This document shows positions 62,274 through 64,000 of a stretch of 64,000 nt of DNA, piece by piece (within the stretch, counting starts at the first letter, position 1; each line of letters begins with the position of its first letter). The position numbers were made by a program, and so were the translations under genes. Origin of the DNA: Pyrinomonadaceae bacterium (GTDB lineage Bacteria; Acidobacteriota; Blastocatellia; Pyrinomonadales; Pyrinomonadaceae); the NCBI GenBank assembly GCA_014380365.1, contig JACMJZ010000032.1:104860-168859 (forward strand), written 5' to 3'. The notes under the pieces are model-generated. The model was not told where the DNA came from and ran no database searches. It worked only from the letters and a program-made list of their open reading frames with translations.

Positions 62274-63947
62274 ATGCTCTCGCTGAAAACCGAACGCCTT
62301 AAAAGATACAAAGACGTCGCAGTCCTGCTCGCAAAGTATGGGCGCAGCGATCTGGTCAAACAGGCGGGTCTGGAAGAAAGTCTCGAATTGGACGAACAAG
62401 CGCTCGCGGAAACCCGGCCGGAGGCGGAAGAGCTCGCTGCCGATCTCGAGAAACTCGGGCCCGCGTTCATCAAGCTGGGTCAGCTCCTTTCGACGCGCGC
62501 CGACTTGCTGCCAGCGCCGTACCTTGAAGCCCTCTCGCGTTTGCAGGACAGAGTCGAGCCTTTCACCTACGAGGAAGTGGACAAGATCGTGGCCAGCGAG
62601 ATCGGCGTCAGAATTTCCAAGGCTTTCGCCGACTTCGATCCGGAACCTCTTGCCGCGGCTTCGCTGGCGCAAGTGCACCTCGCGCACATGCGCGACGGAC
62701 GCGCAGTTGTAGTCAAAGTGCAGCGGCCAGGCATTCGTGAGCAGATCATCGAGGACCTGGAATCACTGAACGACATTGCCGAGTTTCTGGATACGCATAC
62801 GGAGATGGGACGGCGTTATGAGTTTGGCAACATGCTGCTGGGGTTTCGCCGAAGTCTGTTGCGTGAGCTGGACTTCAAAGTAGAAGCAAACAATCTCGTC
62901 ACGCTGGCCGAGAACCTGCGCGAGTTTGAGAAGATAATTATTCCCCAACCCATCGACGATTTCACCACCTCGCGCGTGCTCACGATGGACTACATCCCGG
63001 GTAAGAAGATTACCGACTTGAGTCCGCTGCGCTTGATGGACCTCGATGGCGGCGGCCTGGCCCGCGAACTGTTTCGCGCTTATCTAAAGCAGATACTCAT
63101 CGATGGTTTTGTTCACGCCGACCCGCATCCGGGCAATGTATTCCTGACCGACGACGATTTGATTGCGATATTGGATCTGGGGATGGTTACGCGTCTCATG
63201 CCCGGTCTCCAGGACAACCTTTTGCGATTGCTGTTGGCGATCAGCGAAGGAAAGGGTGACGAAGCGGCGGACATCACAATCAGAATGGGCGAGCCGAAGC
63301 CTGGGTTTATGAAGTCGGAATTTACCCATCGAGTTGGCGAGCTGGTTGCCGAGCACTCAGGCGCGAGCGTTGCGCGACTCAATTCCGGCCAGGTTGTGCT
63401 GGAGATTACGAAGATTTCCGCTGACTGCTGGTTTCGACTGCCGCAGGAATTCACGATGGTTGCAAAGGCCCTGCTGAATCTCGACCGCGTGGTCTACACG
63501 CTCGATCCAAACTTTGAACCGACGGCGGTGATTCGCCAACGGGCCACGGAAATACTGCAACGCAATTTGTTGAAGACCATCAATCCAGTGAACTTGATCG
63601 GCGGAGTGGTGGAGTTGAAAGAGTTTGTCGAGAAACTGCCAGGCCGCATCAACAACATTCTGGACACGGTGGGGAACAATGAGTTGAAGGTGAACGTGGA
63701 CGCCATCGACGAAAAGCTGCTGGTGGAAGGATTTCAGAAAGTCGCGAACCGCATCACCCTCGGCCTCATCCTCGCGGCGTTGATTGTGGGCGCGGCGATG
63801 TTGATGCGGGTTGAGACTTCCTTCCGCATCCTCGGGTACCCGGGTTTGCCAATGATCTTCTTTCTCATCGCAGCCCTCGGCGGCCTGGGGCTCGTCATCA
63901 ACATCATCCACAGCGACGTGAAGGCGCGCAAGAAACCAAACCAATAA
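62274..63947 (+). CDS. ubiB: ABC1/UbiB-family atypical kinase
   Basis: FIKLGQLLSTRADLLP, ASLAQVHLA, VVKVQRPG, HADPHPGNV and two C-terminal TM helices. Confidence 0.85.
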   Translation: MLSLKTERLKRYKDVAVLLAKYGRSDLVKQAGLEESLELDEQALAETRPEAEELAADLEKLGPAFIKLGQLLSTRADLLPAPYLEALSRLQDRVEPFTYEEVDKIVASEIGVRISKAFADFDPEPLAAASLAQVHLAHMRDGRAVVVKVQRPGIREQIIEDLESLNDIAEFLDTHTEMGRRYEFGNMLLGFRRSLLRELDFKVEANNLVTLAENLREFEKIIIPQPIDDFTTSRVLTMDYIPGKKITDLSPLRLMDLDGGGLARELFRAYLKQILIDGFVHADPHPGNVFLTDDDLIAILDLGMVTRLMPGLQDNLLRLLLAISEGKGDEAADITIRMGEPKPGFMKSEFTHRVGELVAEHSGASVARLNSGQVVLEITKISADCWFRLPQEFTMVAKALLNLDRVVYTLDPNFEPTAVIRQRATEILQRNLLKTINPVNLIGGVVELKEFVEKLPGRINNILDTVGNNELKVNVDAIDEKLLVEGFQKVANRITLGLILAALIVGAAMLMRVETSFRILGYPGLPMIFFLIAALGGLGLVINIIHSDVKARKKPNQ

Positions 63948-64000
63948 CAATCAATCAAATAATCACGCGCGTTTCGTGTCCATCTTCAGGAACCTCTTAT

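Noticed and set aside
62009-63950. Minus-strand ORFs (62009..62473, 62220..62687, 63357..63950) opposite the UbiB-like gene
   Set aside because: The plus strand carries the ABC1/UbiB kinase motifs. The minus-strand ORFs are shadow frames.
1-64000. Searched for selC (tRNA-Sec), selA, selB and selD, given the two selenoprotein candidates
   Set aside because: None is recognisable in this window. Their presence elsewhere in the genome is required for the selenoprotein calls and cannot be assessed here.

Overview
64-kb chromosomal window. GC looks mid-to-high 50s by eye. The gene content (GWxTD protein, carboxypeptidase-regulatory-like domain, giant TamB/Omp85 pair, PilZ and TPR proteins) suggests an Acidobacteriota-like Gram-negative; this is inference. 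There are about 50 protein genes, mostly housekeeping: lepB, HU/IHF, carA, acs, psuG, hemW, cmk, ribE, ribBA, tamB, bamA-like, SurA-like, patatin, PBP1A, acpS, pgeF, rlmN, tatA/tatC, ATP-dependent DNA ligase, DsbA fusion, UbiB kinase. There is also a MazEF module and a propeller/Y_Y_Y histidine kinase with a NarL-type regulator. I recognised no rRNA, tRNA, CRISPR array or transposase. Main hunt results follow. (1) Two selenoprotein genes are invisible to the ORF track because of in-frame TGA. One is a SelW/Rdx-like CxxU protein (2353..2586). The other is an exported peroxiredoxin-like protein with Sec in place of the peroxidatic Cys (61411..61995). Each has a SECIS-like hairpin downstream of the UGA. 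(2) A 1998-aa thioester (CGEQ) alpha-2-macroglobulin carries three tandem GspG/pseudopilin-like modules plus a CarboxypepD_reg domain. It sits in an operon with a Cys3His small protein (possible frameshift) and an SmtA-like metallothionein. (3) Nearly every intergenic gap holds a long hairpin whose arms are built from short tandem words, and several families recur. One MITE-like family donates the stop codons of cmk and the histidine kinase and sits in-frame in the 5' end of the bamA-like gene. Another family encodes the signal-peptide cores of two unrelated proteins. (4) A roughly 2-kb AT-rich islet (48955..51033) holds an Lrp/AsnC-like regulator, a secreted Asn-rich protein built on an exact 60-nt tandem repeat, and a candidate type I toxin-antitoxin-like module (a 32-codon hydrophobic ORF plus a convergent putative sRNA with about 20 nt of complementarity). 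All functional calls come from reading motifs by eye; no searches were run.
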